The notes beneath the pieces are model-generated. The model searched no databases. It had not been told where the DNA came from and was given only the letters and a program-made list of their open reading frames with translations. This document shows positions 14,641 through 29,531 of a DNA stretch of 64,000 nt, one piece after another. This DNA is from the human T2T-CHM13v2.0 reference genome, Homo sapiens, in the NCBI RefSeq assembly GCF_009914755.1, contig NC_060947.1. One strand, written 5' to 3'. The position numbers and the translations under genes were made by a program. The stretch's first letter is position 1. Each line of letters opens with the position of its first letter.

Positions 14641-15789
14641 ATATGACTCAACATCTGCCTTTCTGCTTCCTAACAGGTGGGCTGAGAAACACGCCATTTC
14701 CGGCAGACACGCCGCTGACCATCTTTTTCCATCACACTGAGGTCACCAGCACAGCCTCACACTTATTTGTTTTGTAAAAATGTCAGCAGCTGGGCCAGGT
14801 CCCCTCCCCCAGCCCCTGTGGAAAGTCAGCTCCCTCTCCCTCTGCAGGCGCTTGAGATCTGTCCCTGCCACTGTCATCTCCCGCCTTTGCCTTGCAAACC
14901 ACAGATTAGCAGAAGACAAAACGCTGGCTAAGGGCTGACCTCAATACCTGCTTTTAAAGTCCCTTGGCCTGGCCCAGCCACAGAGCTGTGGGACACAGGA
15001 TGAGCAGGAAGCAGACAATAACAGTTGGCTGGGCTTGCAACATCCTCTTGCCTCTCCTTTTGTGGGATGGCTAAATGGTGCAGCTTTTGGGATGCCCTGG
15101 TGCCTCCTACGCATGGAGGACCCACTTTCCAGAGGCAACTCCCACAGCCAGGAGGGGACAGGATCATGACAAGGTGCTTGCGGCTTTGCCAAGTCCTCCT
15201 CACTGCCCTGGGCTCCCCCAGGGTACCAGCGGAGCCAGAGGCCAGGTTCTTCCCATGAGGAAGCAGGGGGTGGAAGAGAATAAAGTCAGCAGAAGACCCC
15301 TTTTCTGTCTAGTCAAGGCCCGCCTGGCCTCCAGAAAGGTCTCCTCTGCCTTTTCCTCTGGGGCAACCCCTTGATTGTGCCCCATACTAAATCCCCTGTC
15401 ATGGGCATTCACGCTCCTCTGACTTTCCAGCTGTGTCACTTTTGGGGGGGCTATTGCCACCCGTGGGCCCTGTTTCTCACTCTCCATTTGTGGTAACTGG
15501 CTGCCTTACCCAGCAACACAACCCTCCCCTCCCCTTTGACCCTCACATCTCCCTCCAGGTGGCCTCTGCCAGACCTAAAGCAGGTGCCCGGGCATCTCCT
15601 CTCCAGCCTTGTTGGGCTGCAGGATGCACAGGATTTCGATAAGTTCTCCAGCTCTCTTACGCTAAGTAATCCCTGCCCCAATCCCTTGGGTCACCTTGAA
15701 AAACCATTCTTAGTCTCTAATGAACCAATTGGTTCTTTAGAAAAGACACCTGGAACTTTCTTTGCAGCGATGAGCCATGTTTGTCAATG

Positions 15790-15990
15790 GGAGCACTATT
15801 CATATTTGGGCCTGGACAAATCCCCATTGTGTGGGACAGTCCCTCCCCCATTGTTGGATGTTAATTGTCCTTGGCCCCCTGCCTGCTAAACTCCAGTAGC
15901 ACCCTCTAGTCATTGTGACAGCCAAAAATGCACCCCTATTTCCAAATGCCCCCACCCCCAGGTGGAACAGTCCCTGAATAGGGAAGCACC
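15790..15990 (+). mobile_element. MER20-like DNA transposon (degenerate)
   Basis: GGGACAGTCC...CATTGTTGGATGTT...CCAGTAGCACCC...TGTGACAGCCAAAAATG. Confidence 0.6.
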
Positions 15991-17534
15991 ATTCATCTCA
16001 GGATAAAATTCTTTCTCCGCCACAACAATCACCAAGCAGCATCTCCCTGCAGGATCAGTTATGCGCGCTTGATCAGCCCAATCTCCCTCATGTTATGCAA
16101 CCCAGAGTCAACGCCGCTGCACAAGTCTATTCTGTTTCTGCATTCACAGGCTCATACTGTGAGCAGGGACTCCAAAGTACGCTGAGGAACTCGGTCCCTA
16201 AATCTATCCTCTTTATTATAGATTGTGTGTGGGTTGCCCCTGACAGATAATTCTCAGCAAAGCGTTTACTGAGAAATCATTTGTTTAATTTCACACGCCC
16301 CCTTCCATCACTGGCATTACTTTAAAAAATAAAAATAAAAGTAAAAGAGCAGCCATTGTTGGAAGAGTTCCATTGGAGCTGTTTGTTTGTCAAGGTCCAT
16401 TGAGTCAAAATTCCCAGTTTAACTTTGAATGCTCAACGCTTCTGCCTCTAATGTGAGGTTGGTGTTTGTACCTTAAAAAGGGAGGGGAAATTGAGTCTTT
16501 GAAAGAAAGAAAAAAGGGAATAAAATAATCCTCCCTCTGTAGTGTCTATACTTTTTAACATAACATGGGAGTGCAACTACCTTTTTACCAAAACACGTCT
16601 CCAGCTTGGCGTGAAGTCCCCACATCTGGATCCGCCAGGAGGGAGGAACATCCATTCTGACAGGGACATAGCCTTGCACACACCTGCTGACACTTCTGCA
16701 TCGCTGTGAGTCTAGCTGTAGTAGCTACATTGGGTCGTTTTCCTTTTTAAAACAATAGTTCTTAACACCAAGAGCTTCTTGCTGGTGTCATAAAATCCCC
16801 GTCTCACATTGAAGACCTAATCCTGAAGGTTTTTAATCTCCCAGAGTCCACTTGTGATGATCTGATGGACCCTAAGGCCTCTCTTCACAGAACAAGACAG
16901 ACACATGTGTGGACACATAGGGTATGTCCACATGCGTGCACTCACTTCCACAGAACTTTACACATAATCACAAAGCCTCCTAAAGCCTGCCCTCAGGCAG
17001 TCAATTAAGAACCCACCGCTGGTTCCACACATGAGGAAATTGAATGTAAAAGCAGCTTTGGTGGTACATACAAATATGATTCAGTTTCATGTGGGAAGGC
17101 GACCAACTCTCAAACTGTTCTTCCTGAAACAAGCCACTAGCCTCGTGTAAAGACAATAGCCCCTGTAGATGGAGATGGTGAGAAAAAGCTTCCAGAGACC
17201 ACTGTCACTCCTGAACACTCCAAATTTATGTGGACTGCTAAGGAGAGAGACCAGAAAGCAAAGCAACCTGGAAAAACTCAAAACCCGTTACCCCAAAGTA
17301 AAACAATTCCTGTCGATGGCAGTTCCTGTAGATAACAGCACCACATTGCCTTGCACTTGCACAATGCTTTACCCGGCTCAAACAGCTTTCACCAGCATTA
17401 TTCAGCAGTCTCACAACTGCTCTGTGAAGTCAGGACCACTATAATTGCCCCCATGTATGGGTTGCAACAAAGGAAGAGGGCTCAAAGAGTGGAAGTGATG
17501 CCTGAAAGGACACGTTGGTTGGTAACGGTAGTAC

Positions 17535-17895
17535 TGACTTAGTCTGTTCTGGTTTCTATAACAAAATCCCTTAGACTGGGTAATTTACAAACAACAGAAA
17601 TTTAGTGGTCACAGTTCTAGAGGCTGGGAAGTCCAAGATCAAGGCATCAGCAGATTCCATGTCTGGTGAGGGTTCTCTGCTTCATAGATAGTGCCTTTAC
17701 CCTGAGTCCTCACGTGGCAGAAGGGACAAACAGGCTCCCTCAAGCCTCTTTTATAAAAGCACTCATCCCATTTATGGGAGTGGAACCTTTGTGACCTAAT
17801 CACCTCCCAAATACCCCACCTCTTAATACCATCACACTGGGGATTCAGTTTCAACATATGAATTTTGGAGGGGCACCAACGTTCAGACTATAGCA
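17535..17895 (-). mobile_element. MLT1A0-like MaLR LTR
   Basis: TAGACTGGGTAATTTA...AGGCTGGGAAGTCCAAGATCAAGGCA...TGACCTAATCACCTCCCAAA...TTCAGACTATAGCA. Confidence 0.85.
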
Positions 17896-18209
17896 GTAGG
17901 CAAGCCTCAACACTCAAGTGCTTGTCAAATCATGCTGCATCGCGCTTTTGTGATGTTCTTCTTTTACATGCCATTGCTGATGTTCCATTGGCCAAAGAAA
18001 GTCATGAGGCTAAACTCAACATGAGAAGGGACTACCCATGGATGTGGATATCAGGACGTATAACTCATTTGGGGGCCATATTTGTAACCACCTACCACAC
18101 ACACGAGTTAAAGCATCTCCCCTCCCACATAATGACCGAAATATCATCATTTATCTTTCAGACCATTGCCCTCTTTTTGCTTGCGCTTTGAGAAATCAGG
18201 CATGGCTTT

Positions 18210-19078
<869 letters not shown>

Positions 19079-19088
19079 GTAAGAATGG

Positions 19089-20170
19089 AATTCAGGTGCA
19101 GGCTTGGGGCTGGAGCCCAGGCTGCGGGGTCCACCTCGGGCCTCAGGGGCACGTCTGGGAGGGCAGGGCCCAGCGCCCAATTTCGGGAGTTAATTCCAGG
19201 CGTTGGTGATTTCCTAGGGATTAACTGGGGCGGAGGGTGCATGCTTTTGGGTGTATCTAGATGAGTGCTTCCTAAATCCTGGGGGCTCCGCACTTTAGTG
19301 GAGGCTCCAGCATTTTAGGAGTTACCGTCTTAAAATCCACATTTAAGAAGGTATTTTTGGAGTTCTCCAGTCTTAAGGGTTAATCCTGTGGAAACTGACT
19401 CCTAAGGGCAAATCCAAGGAGCCTGCGGTTTTGGTATTTAATTCTGAATCCTTATGAGTTACATAAGGAGTGAATCCTGGGTGGGTGACCTTGGGTCTTG
19501 GAGAATGATCCTCGCTGAAAGGTGTCTGGGGTGTGAGAGGGGTGATTCTGGTTTAGAGGATGAATTCTGCAGGCCCTGGGAGGCCTTCTAGAGCATATAA
19601 ATTGAAATAACCCCCGGCTTAGATCTGAGTATGAATTACAGACGGAGTGAGCCTACCAAAAGCAGCCGACCATCTTTCAAAACAAGAAGAAGCTCCTGCT
19701 GGGAGAAACTGGCAAGAAGCTCCTGCAGTACTACAGAACATCAATCTGGGCTTCAAGACACCTGAAGAGGCGATTGAGGGCACCTACATTGACAAGAAAT
19801 GCCCCTTCACTGGTAATGCCTCCATTCGAGGGCGGATCCTCTTTGGCATGGTGACCAAGATGAAGATGCAGAGGACTGTCATCTGCCGAGACTATCTCCA
19901 CTACACCTGCAAGTACAACCACCTTGAGAAGCACCACAAGAACATGTCCGTAAACCTGTCCCCCTGCTTCAGGGACATCCAGATCAGCGACATCATCACA
20001 GTGGGCGAGTGCTGGCCCCTGAGCAAGATGGTACGCTTCAACGTGCTCAAGGTCACCAAGACCACCGGGCACCAAGAAGCAGTTCCAGAAGTTCTGAGGC
20101 TGGATGTCTGCCCGCTCCCCACAATGAAATAAAGTTATTTTCTCAGCCCCTCCCCCACCTAAAAAAAAAC
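19089..20170 (+). pseudogene. RPS11 (40S ribosomal protein uS17) retro-pseudogene with an extra 5' intron-like segment
   Basis: 19642-20097 translates to RPS11-like [13 protein letters not shown]...[23 protein letters not shown]...KMKMQRT...SPCFRD...RFNVLKVTK...KKQFQKF*, uninterrupted; early TGA (19648) and two frameshifts; AATAAA 20128-20133; poly(A); TSD AGTAAGAATGG at 19078-19088 and 20171-20181. The RPS11P number cannot be determined from sequence alone. Confidence 0.95.
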
Positions 20171-21325
20171 AGTAAGAATGGGTTTCCTAGTGTGGCTTCT
20201 CTAGACAGGGTGGCAGCCTTGGGAGGGTGTCAAGGTGGAGAGTGGGAGGCCCTCAGCCTGGCATCATCTGGCCTGCCCTGTGCCTTCTCCCAAGCCAGCA
20301 AGGAAAAGACCTTGCTCCTTGCTTGGGCCCTGAAGAGCTCCACGTGTCACGGTAGTCAGTGCGGGTTTCTTTAGACTGGGGCACAGTGGTGATGGCCACA
20401 CAGGTTCCCCTGTGGGAAATGCTTTGAAGAGCCTTTGTTCCCAAGAGTTGATCAAGGAAACAAGCTGGTAATGAACAGCAGAAATAACAATACTTAATAA
20501 TGGGCAGAATCAAAATGGATTTCAATCCTGGCAGCTAATTTACCAGGAAACTTATTCCTGAGGCAGGCAGCTCTCTCCCCTCATCAGACTGTAGGATAAA
20601 CAAGGAAGTGGCAGGACCAGGAGAGGCAGGAGGTGGGAGGAGAGGAGGTGGAGGGAGAGAGGAAGGGGGAAGAAAGAAGGGAGGGAGGAGCAGCGGGGTC
20701 TGAATGAGGTCTTTGGAAATGTGCAGAGACGCTGGGGAGTGAGAGTGGGCAGGGGTTAGGAAGGGTAGGAGCCCCCAAATCTCAAAGATGCCTCTCAGAG
20801 GCCCTGCAGCTTCCCCGGCCCCCGTGATGGCTGTGAAGCCCAGGGCTCCTCCTCCAGATCTCCAGCTCAGCCCCTCCAACTCTTCAACCCTTGGTACATA
20901 TCCTCCACTGTTACTGCCTGCCCCCAAGAGCTAAGGAAGGGGGCCTCAAGACCACACAACAATGGAAGGAAACCCCTTGTCAGGGAAGGAAGATTCTAAC
21001 TGGAGCCCTCAATGCTCCAGAAAGATTATCTTTCCGGTTCCCATTGTAAAGAGAGCAACTCACAATCACCCCACTACCCATAAGCTCTCACTGCCCTTTT
21101 CCTCCCCCACCCCCACCCCCCAAACAGGCTGATTTGTTTGCCTTTTATCACTCTGTTAAAAAATTAGTTCTTACAGGTCCTTCTCCCAGGATGAGGGCAA
21201 AAGACAGCCTGGGCCTCCTCTGTTATTTTAAGGCAAGATATGTCGGCTTGAAGTCTGCTCTGAGATCTTGTGGGGAGGGCGGCAGGGCTTGTTATATGAG
21301 GGTCAAGTCAATAATAAGACCTGCT

Positions 21326-21767
<442 letters not shown>

Positions 21768-22519
21768 CTACTTGCCAACACCATCTACCTTCCGCACCCC
21801 CATATCCCACTTTTTTATTCAACGTCCCCATCAGGTGTAGGAGAAGCTAAAGCCCACGTGTACATCTCTGTCTCTGACCATGAATCCATCGAGGTGATAT
21901 GCCTGAACCCCAAGGCCGGTGGACGGGCACTGGGGGAACTCTTCAATTTCCACTACTTGAGTGCTTGCTTGCCTACATTGACAAATGGATCTCTCACTTT
22001 TCAACTTGAGCAGAGTGGATTCTTCTTGCTAAAGGCTGAAGTACTTGCTGAGTTGCAAGTTTTAGAAAATGAGGCCATTGTGGGGCTATTTCTGAGGGAA
22101 AGGAAGACCTGCAGTGCCAGCGCCAGCCCCGTCCACCTCCCACAAGAATCGGGCACCATTCTTTTTACATTGGGGAAAATTCCATCTCCTATTTCAAGAA
22201 AAATAACTGAATCTGGCTTCATCTTCTGCCAAAGTATACACTGTGAGGAGATGGCAAGGGTTTAATTCTTAGAGACAGTGAGAAGCAAGTGACCAAAAGG
22301 AACTTCAGGATGAAGATGACTTTTCAGTATCTAAGAGGGCTTTGCTGGTGAAGCCCCTGCAGTTAAGGTGTCAGCTATGGGATAACCAGGGGTGGGGGTA
22401 GGAGAGACCCCCTCACCATGGCATCCTGCTGGGAGCATAGCCGGTCTGTGTGAGGAGCAGAGTCAGCCTCCCAGGAAAGGGCAAAGAAAGGTGGGGTTCA
22501 TGGTCACTTTTGAAAACCA

Positions 22520-22875
22520 GCTTCCCAGGGCTTTGCCTGTAACAAAGTATCATGCACTGGGGGGCTTAAACAATGGAATTTTATCTTCTCACAGTTCTGG
22601 AGGCTGGAAGTCTGAGATCAAGGTGCCAGCAGGGTTGGTTCCTTCTGAGGCCTCTCTCTTTGGCTTGTAGATGGCTGTCTTCTGGCTGTATATCTTCACA
22701 GTCTTCCCTCTGTATGTGTCTGTGTCCTAATTTCCTCTTCTTATAAAGACACCAGCCATATTGGATTAGGGCTTACCCATATGACCTCATTTTAACTTAA
22801 TTACCGCTTTAAAGACCCCATTTCCAAATACTGTCACATTCTGGGGCACTGAGGGGTTAGGACTTCAACATATGT
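22520..22875 (-). mobile_element. MLT1B/C-like MaLR LTR (inside the putative last intron of the fossil gene)
   Basis: CTCACAGTTCTGGAGGCTGGAAGTCTGAGATCAAGGTG...GACCTCATTTTAACTTAATTAC. Confidence 0.85.
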
Positions 22876-23188
22876 TCTGAATTGCATACCCTGAAAATTC
22901 CTTTGTTGAAGTTTTTGCTTCCACAATTACAACCTATTCAAACTGCAATCGATATAGTGCTGGGACTGGGAGAAGCTGCAGGGTTGCAGATCACACATAA
23001 AAAGGTCCTCGTCTACCCCAACCCCAGGCTTCTTTCTGCCTAAATTCTCCTCAGCATCCAAGTCTTGCCTCTGCAAGAAGCCCTCCCTGTCCCCTGAACT
23101 CACATGGAGTTTTCCCTTTGTCAAATTTCACAAGGAAGGATCATTCAAGTCATGCTTTCTGCATCCTGAGTGTAAATCATAAATTCGC

Positions 23189-23314
23189 TTTTTTTTTTTT
23201 TTTTTTTCGAGACAGTGTCTTTCTCTGTTGACCAGGCTGGAGTATAATGACACATTCACACCTCATGGCAGCCTTGACCTCCTGGGCTCAAGTGATCCTC
23301 CTGCCTCAGCCTCC
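23189..23314 (-). mobile_element. Alu right-arm fragment
   Basis: Poly-T then GAGACAG...CAGGCTGGAG...CTGCCTCAGCCTCC. Confidence 0.85.
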
Positions 23315-23356
23315 TTTCTGAGTAAGATCTTTGAGAATAAGCCACCCCCATCCTAA

Positions 23357-23363
23357 CACACAC

Positions 23364-23398
<35 letters not shown>
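23357..23398. repeat. (CA)n microsatellite
   Basis: Direct reading. Confidence 0.93.
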
Positions 23399-23399
<1 letters not shown>

Positions 23400-23499
23400 G
23401 TGGCCAGTATCTATTTCCTCCCTCTCCCAGCCAGGCAGTTTAGGGAGTTGGAGTTGGCTGCACATCCAGCTCTAGGGATCAACCAGATTGGCTTAATTC

Positions 23500-23910
23500 A
23501 AAAGGGAAGATACACATGACCAAATTGGTCCAATCAGAGTGAATATCAGGATTCTTGATGGGAATGCTGGAACACAGGGTCTCTCTTCTGGGCTGGGTTT
23601 GGTTGTACAGCATGTGAGTTCTAGAGTAGAGCAGCTACAATTGGGTGGGCAGGTGGCAGGAATGGGGGCTGGAAGTTCCAGGAATCTGGATGGGGTTGGG
23701 GGGTGGGGGCAGGGAACCACTACTGTGTGTAACCATGAAACCCATCCAGAGGAAACAGAGCAGATAATGGGTGCTGGTGGCATCATTTAAGCCCTAGATG
23801 AAGCCATACCTGAAGTAGGTTACCTCTGGACCATTCAGTAACATAAACCAATCAATTTCCCCTTTTGCTAATATTGAATTGGGTTGGGTTCACAATGGAA
23901 AAATCACTAA
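23500..23910 (+). mobile_element. Old MLT1 (K/L-like) LTR fragment
   Basis: ACATGACC...CCAATCAGAGT; ATCATTTAAGCCCTAGATGAAGCCATACCTGAAG. Confidence 0.55.
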
Positions 23911-23977
23911 ATGATATAATTTCTTTGGGATCCTCCAAAGAGCCTAACCCCAGGATAGTGTGGACACTCAATAAATA

Positions 23978-24320
23978 CAAGTATGCACCACATAATGACG
24001 TACCAGTCAACAACATATTGTATATACGACAGTGGTCCCGTAATATTATAATACTGTATTTTTACTGTAACTTTTCTATGTGTAGAGATGTTTAGATACA
24101 CAAATACCACTGTATAACAATTACCTGCAGTATTCAGTACAGTACATGCTGTACAGGTTTGTAGCCTAGGAACAACAGGCTATACCATGTAGCCTAAGTG
24201 TGTAGTAAGCTATACCACATAGGCTCGTAGAAATATATGCTATGATGTTCATACAATGACGAAATCCCCTAACCAAACATTTCTCAGAACATATCCCCTT
24301 CATTAACTGACACATGACTG
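23978..24320 (-). mobile_element. Tigger3a/MER7A (TcMar-Tigger MITE)
   Basis: TA on both flanks; TIR ...ACATGACTG; TGCTGTACAGGTTTGTAGCCTAGG core. Confidence 0.88.
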
Positions 24321-24819
24321 TACTAGAGCATTACAAAGCCTCAATCTATGAAGGCTTTGTAGATAAGAAAACTGTGACCAGGGGTAAAGGGATTTACCAA
24401 GTCTCAGGAGCCAGTTAGTGGCAGAGCCTGGATGACAGCCTAGATCTCCAATCTAGTGCCATTCCCACTGCACTGGAAGGGATGTGGGCCACTGTTCCTC
24501 CTCCCTTGATCCGCCAACCTAGTCCCTGCAGGAGAGGGAGGAGCTGAGAAAGCCAGTGTGAAGCCACAGCACCCTCAACCCCCCAGATAGGAAGACTTGG
24601 TTGCAAGCCAGGAGGCCAGAGGAGAGGCGAGGCAGGAAATTGAGTGGCTCCACGTCAACCACACGTTCTGAGTCACCTGGGGGCTGTCGGTAAGAAGATA
24701 GTGCAAAGATGGTGAGCAGCTGCCAACCCAGGCAGCAGGCATGTCGGTGTCCTCAGGACCCCAGAGGGCCCCATTGCAGGCTCTAGGGAGACCTCTACCC
24801 TCAAGAAGGCTATCTCCGA

Positions 24820-25875
<1,056 letters not shown>

Positions 25876-26358
25876 TTAGAAGCCATACCTGGCAGACAAC
25901 AAGGAGCCGGTGTCCCTAACCCTGTACAATGCCAGCGCTTCCTGGCACTGCCTAAATCTGGACCTTCTGAACACGAGGGATAAAGTGAATGCTATCTTGG
26001 ACATACCAATGTCATGTGGGGTTTTTTGGTTACTCTCAGCCAAAGCTAATCCTAGCTGATACTGAGCACATGAACTGCCACGTCCTATTCCTGGCACGGA
26101 GCAAGCTCTCAAGCCAAAACTTGCTAAGTGAGAGTGGGTGGGCTGATGGAAGGAGGGAGGGAAGGAAAATGCAGCAGTGAACACACTGGACTACAGATCT
26201 CAAATACGCTGTTCCATTGGCCAGTAGATTCACTTGTATTTGTTACGCTGTATCCCAATATCTATTTGTTAAAGTGAAAAAACATGCAAAGAAAACCTTA
26301 AGTTAACATATAAGGAAGTAGAGGCCAAACAGTAAGTACCTGTGGATGGAATGGATGA

Positions 26359-26872
<514 letters not shown>

Positions 26873-27696
26873 TCCTCTTTTTCGTCTTCCCCCTTCTTCT
26901 TCTCTTTCTCCTCCTTTCTCTTCCCCCCTTCCTCTCTCCCTCCTCTTTTCCCTTCTTTGTCCTCCTTCTCCCTCTTCTCCTTCCCCCACCCACCTCTCTC
27001 TTTCCACAGCCACCTGGTATATATTCTTAGCCCCGTACCCGCCCACCGCCACACACCAAAATCTAGGCATTTCCTGATGTCCTGGACAAAGGGAAGGGAA
27101 AACCAATCAAACCATCAATCCCAGTTCCCTGACAGGCCTGGCAAATGTGGTCCCAGCACTCCGTCCATCCTTCTCTCCCTTCCCCTCACCACTTCCCTCA
27201 TGCTCCAGCCTCTTCACCACCCCCTCCTATTCTGGTCAACTCCTACTCGTCATTCACCATCCTGCTCAGATGTCACCTCCTCTAGAAAAGGCGTCAACCC
27301 AAGCCGACACAGCAGGCCCTATTGGGGTAGGTGCCTCTCCCGTGTGCTTCCAGAAGCCCCTGCTCACCTGTGTCAGAACACGCAGCCCACTGGAGTGGAA
27401 CAGTCTGCCTTGGTCTCCACCAAGAGCCGTGGAGTTGCAGGGAAGGTGCATTCCCATTGCAGAACCTCCAAGAGCCTGCCCTCCAGAAAACCTGCGAGAG
27501 TGACTCTACCAGCTTAGTCATCCCTGAATTATGGCAAAGACTAACCCTAAAGTAGCATTTCCTGGGTTGCAGGACATGGGGTAAGTGTCCTCTTGGTGTC
27601 TCTTATATCAAGGTGGCTGGGCAGCCCCTATATTGTGTCTGGACCCAAAGAAGCACTGGATGTTCCTTGGGCTGGTTCCCTGGAATTCGAGGGCTT

Positions 27697-28328
27697 TTCT
27701 TTTCTTTTTTCTTTTTTTGAGAAAGGGTCTCAGTCTGTCACCTGGGCTGGAGTGCAGCGGCATGATCATGGCTCACTGCAGCCTTCACTTCCTTGACTCA
27801 AGCTATCCTCCCATCTCAGCCTCCTGAGTAGCTGGGACTACAGGTGTGCACAACCACGCCTGACTAATTTTTTAATTTTTTGTAGAGATGGAGACTCACT
27901 TTGTTGCCCAGGCTGGTCTCAAAATCCTGAGCTCAAGTGATCCTCCCGCCTCGGCCCCCCAAAGTGCTGGGATTACAGACATGAGCCACTGCACCCAGCC
28001 GAATTCAAGTTTTATTTATTTATTTCAATTATTTTTTTTCTTCTTGAGATAGGGTCTCACTCTTTCACCCAGGCTGGAGTGCAGTGGCATGATCACAGCT
28101 CACTGCAGCTTCGACCTCCACGGCCCAAGTGATCCTCCCACCTCAGCCTCCTGAGTACCTGAGACCACAGGTACTTGACACCATGCCCAGCTAATTTTTT
28201 GTATTTTTCATAGAGATGGGGTTTTGCCACATTGCCCGGACTGGTCTCAAACTCCTGGTCTCAAGCCATCTACCCTCCTAGGCCTTCTGAAATGCTGGGA
28301 TTACAAGCATAAGCCACCACACCTGGCC
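27697..28328 (-). mobile_element. Two tandem AluJ-like elements (about 27697-28000 and 28010-28328)
   Basis: Two consecutive reverse-complement dimers. Confidence 0.9.
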
Positions 28329-28391
28329 TCAAATTCAAGTATTTAACATGTTTAAGCCACATCTTTTCCACTCTGTCTCCAGACACCTCTG

Positions 28392-28775
28392 TTGTGATAC
28401 ACTGTATTTCTCAATTATGGCCACAGTGATATTTCTGGTCCCATATGTTCTTCCAGTATCTCCTTACTCCCTCAAGAGGTGGTGTCTTTTTCCTCTCCCC
28501 TTGAACCTGGGTGGGTGACTCTTCCAACCCATAGAATATGGTGGAACTGATGCCATGTGGTTTGTGATGCTAAGTCACAACATGCAAACAGCTTCTGCTT
28601 GGTGCCCAGGAGCTCTCTTTTGGGACACTGACCTTTGGAACCTAGTCGCCATGCTGTGAGAAAGCCCAAACTACACAGAGAGGTCGTGTGTAAATATGTG
28701 ACCAACAGCCCCAGCTGAGGGCTTTAAGGACAGCCAGCATCAACTGGCAGACCTATGAGTGAACAAGCCTCCTTT
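28392..28775 (+). mobile_element. MLT1 (F/G-like) LTR
   Basis: CTCCCCTTGAACCTGGG...CCATGCTGTGAGAAAGCCCAA...CAGCCAGCATCAACTG. Confidence 0.75.
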
Positions 28776-29014
28776 CCAGGATGTGAGTGTTGCCTGACAA
28801 GGAAACCCCCCTTCCCGTGTCTGCAGTAGCAGAGAAGCCCTGGGGCAGAAAATGAAAGGCAGAGATGACTGGTACTCACTTTGGGTGAGACGCTGTCAGT
28901 GTGAGTTGAGTCAAAGCCCTCACGGAATGGTCCACCAAGGCCACAGCTGGAAGCAGCAGAGGTGAGGCCTCAAGGAAGTGAGCCAAGGCACCAGAGGCAA
29001 ATGATCCAGCAATT

Positions 29015-29140
29015 TCTTTAACCCCCTTTGCCTCAGTTTCATCATATGAAAAATGGAAATCCTAACAGGGCACTTGTGAGGATTGAACATGATAACCCAT
29101 GCAAAGTGCCAGACACATTGGAAGTGCTCAATACATATTA
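29015..29140 (+). mobile_element. MIR
   Basis: GCCTCAGTTTCATCATATGAAAAATGG...GTGAGGATT. Confidence 0.7.
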
Positions 29141-29157
29141 GTCTACTAAGAGAAAGG

Positions 29158-29531
<374 letters not shown>

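Noticed and set aside
19731-20075. 114-aa minus-strand ORF
   Set aside because: Antisense shadow of the RPS11 coding sequence.
19647-20132. 161-aa ORF as a functional RPS11 variant
   Set aside because: Non-ATG start, frameshifted N- and C-termini, an early stop in the true frame, plus poly(A) and TSD indicate a pseudogene.
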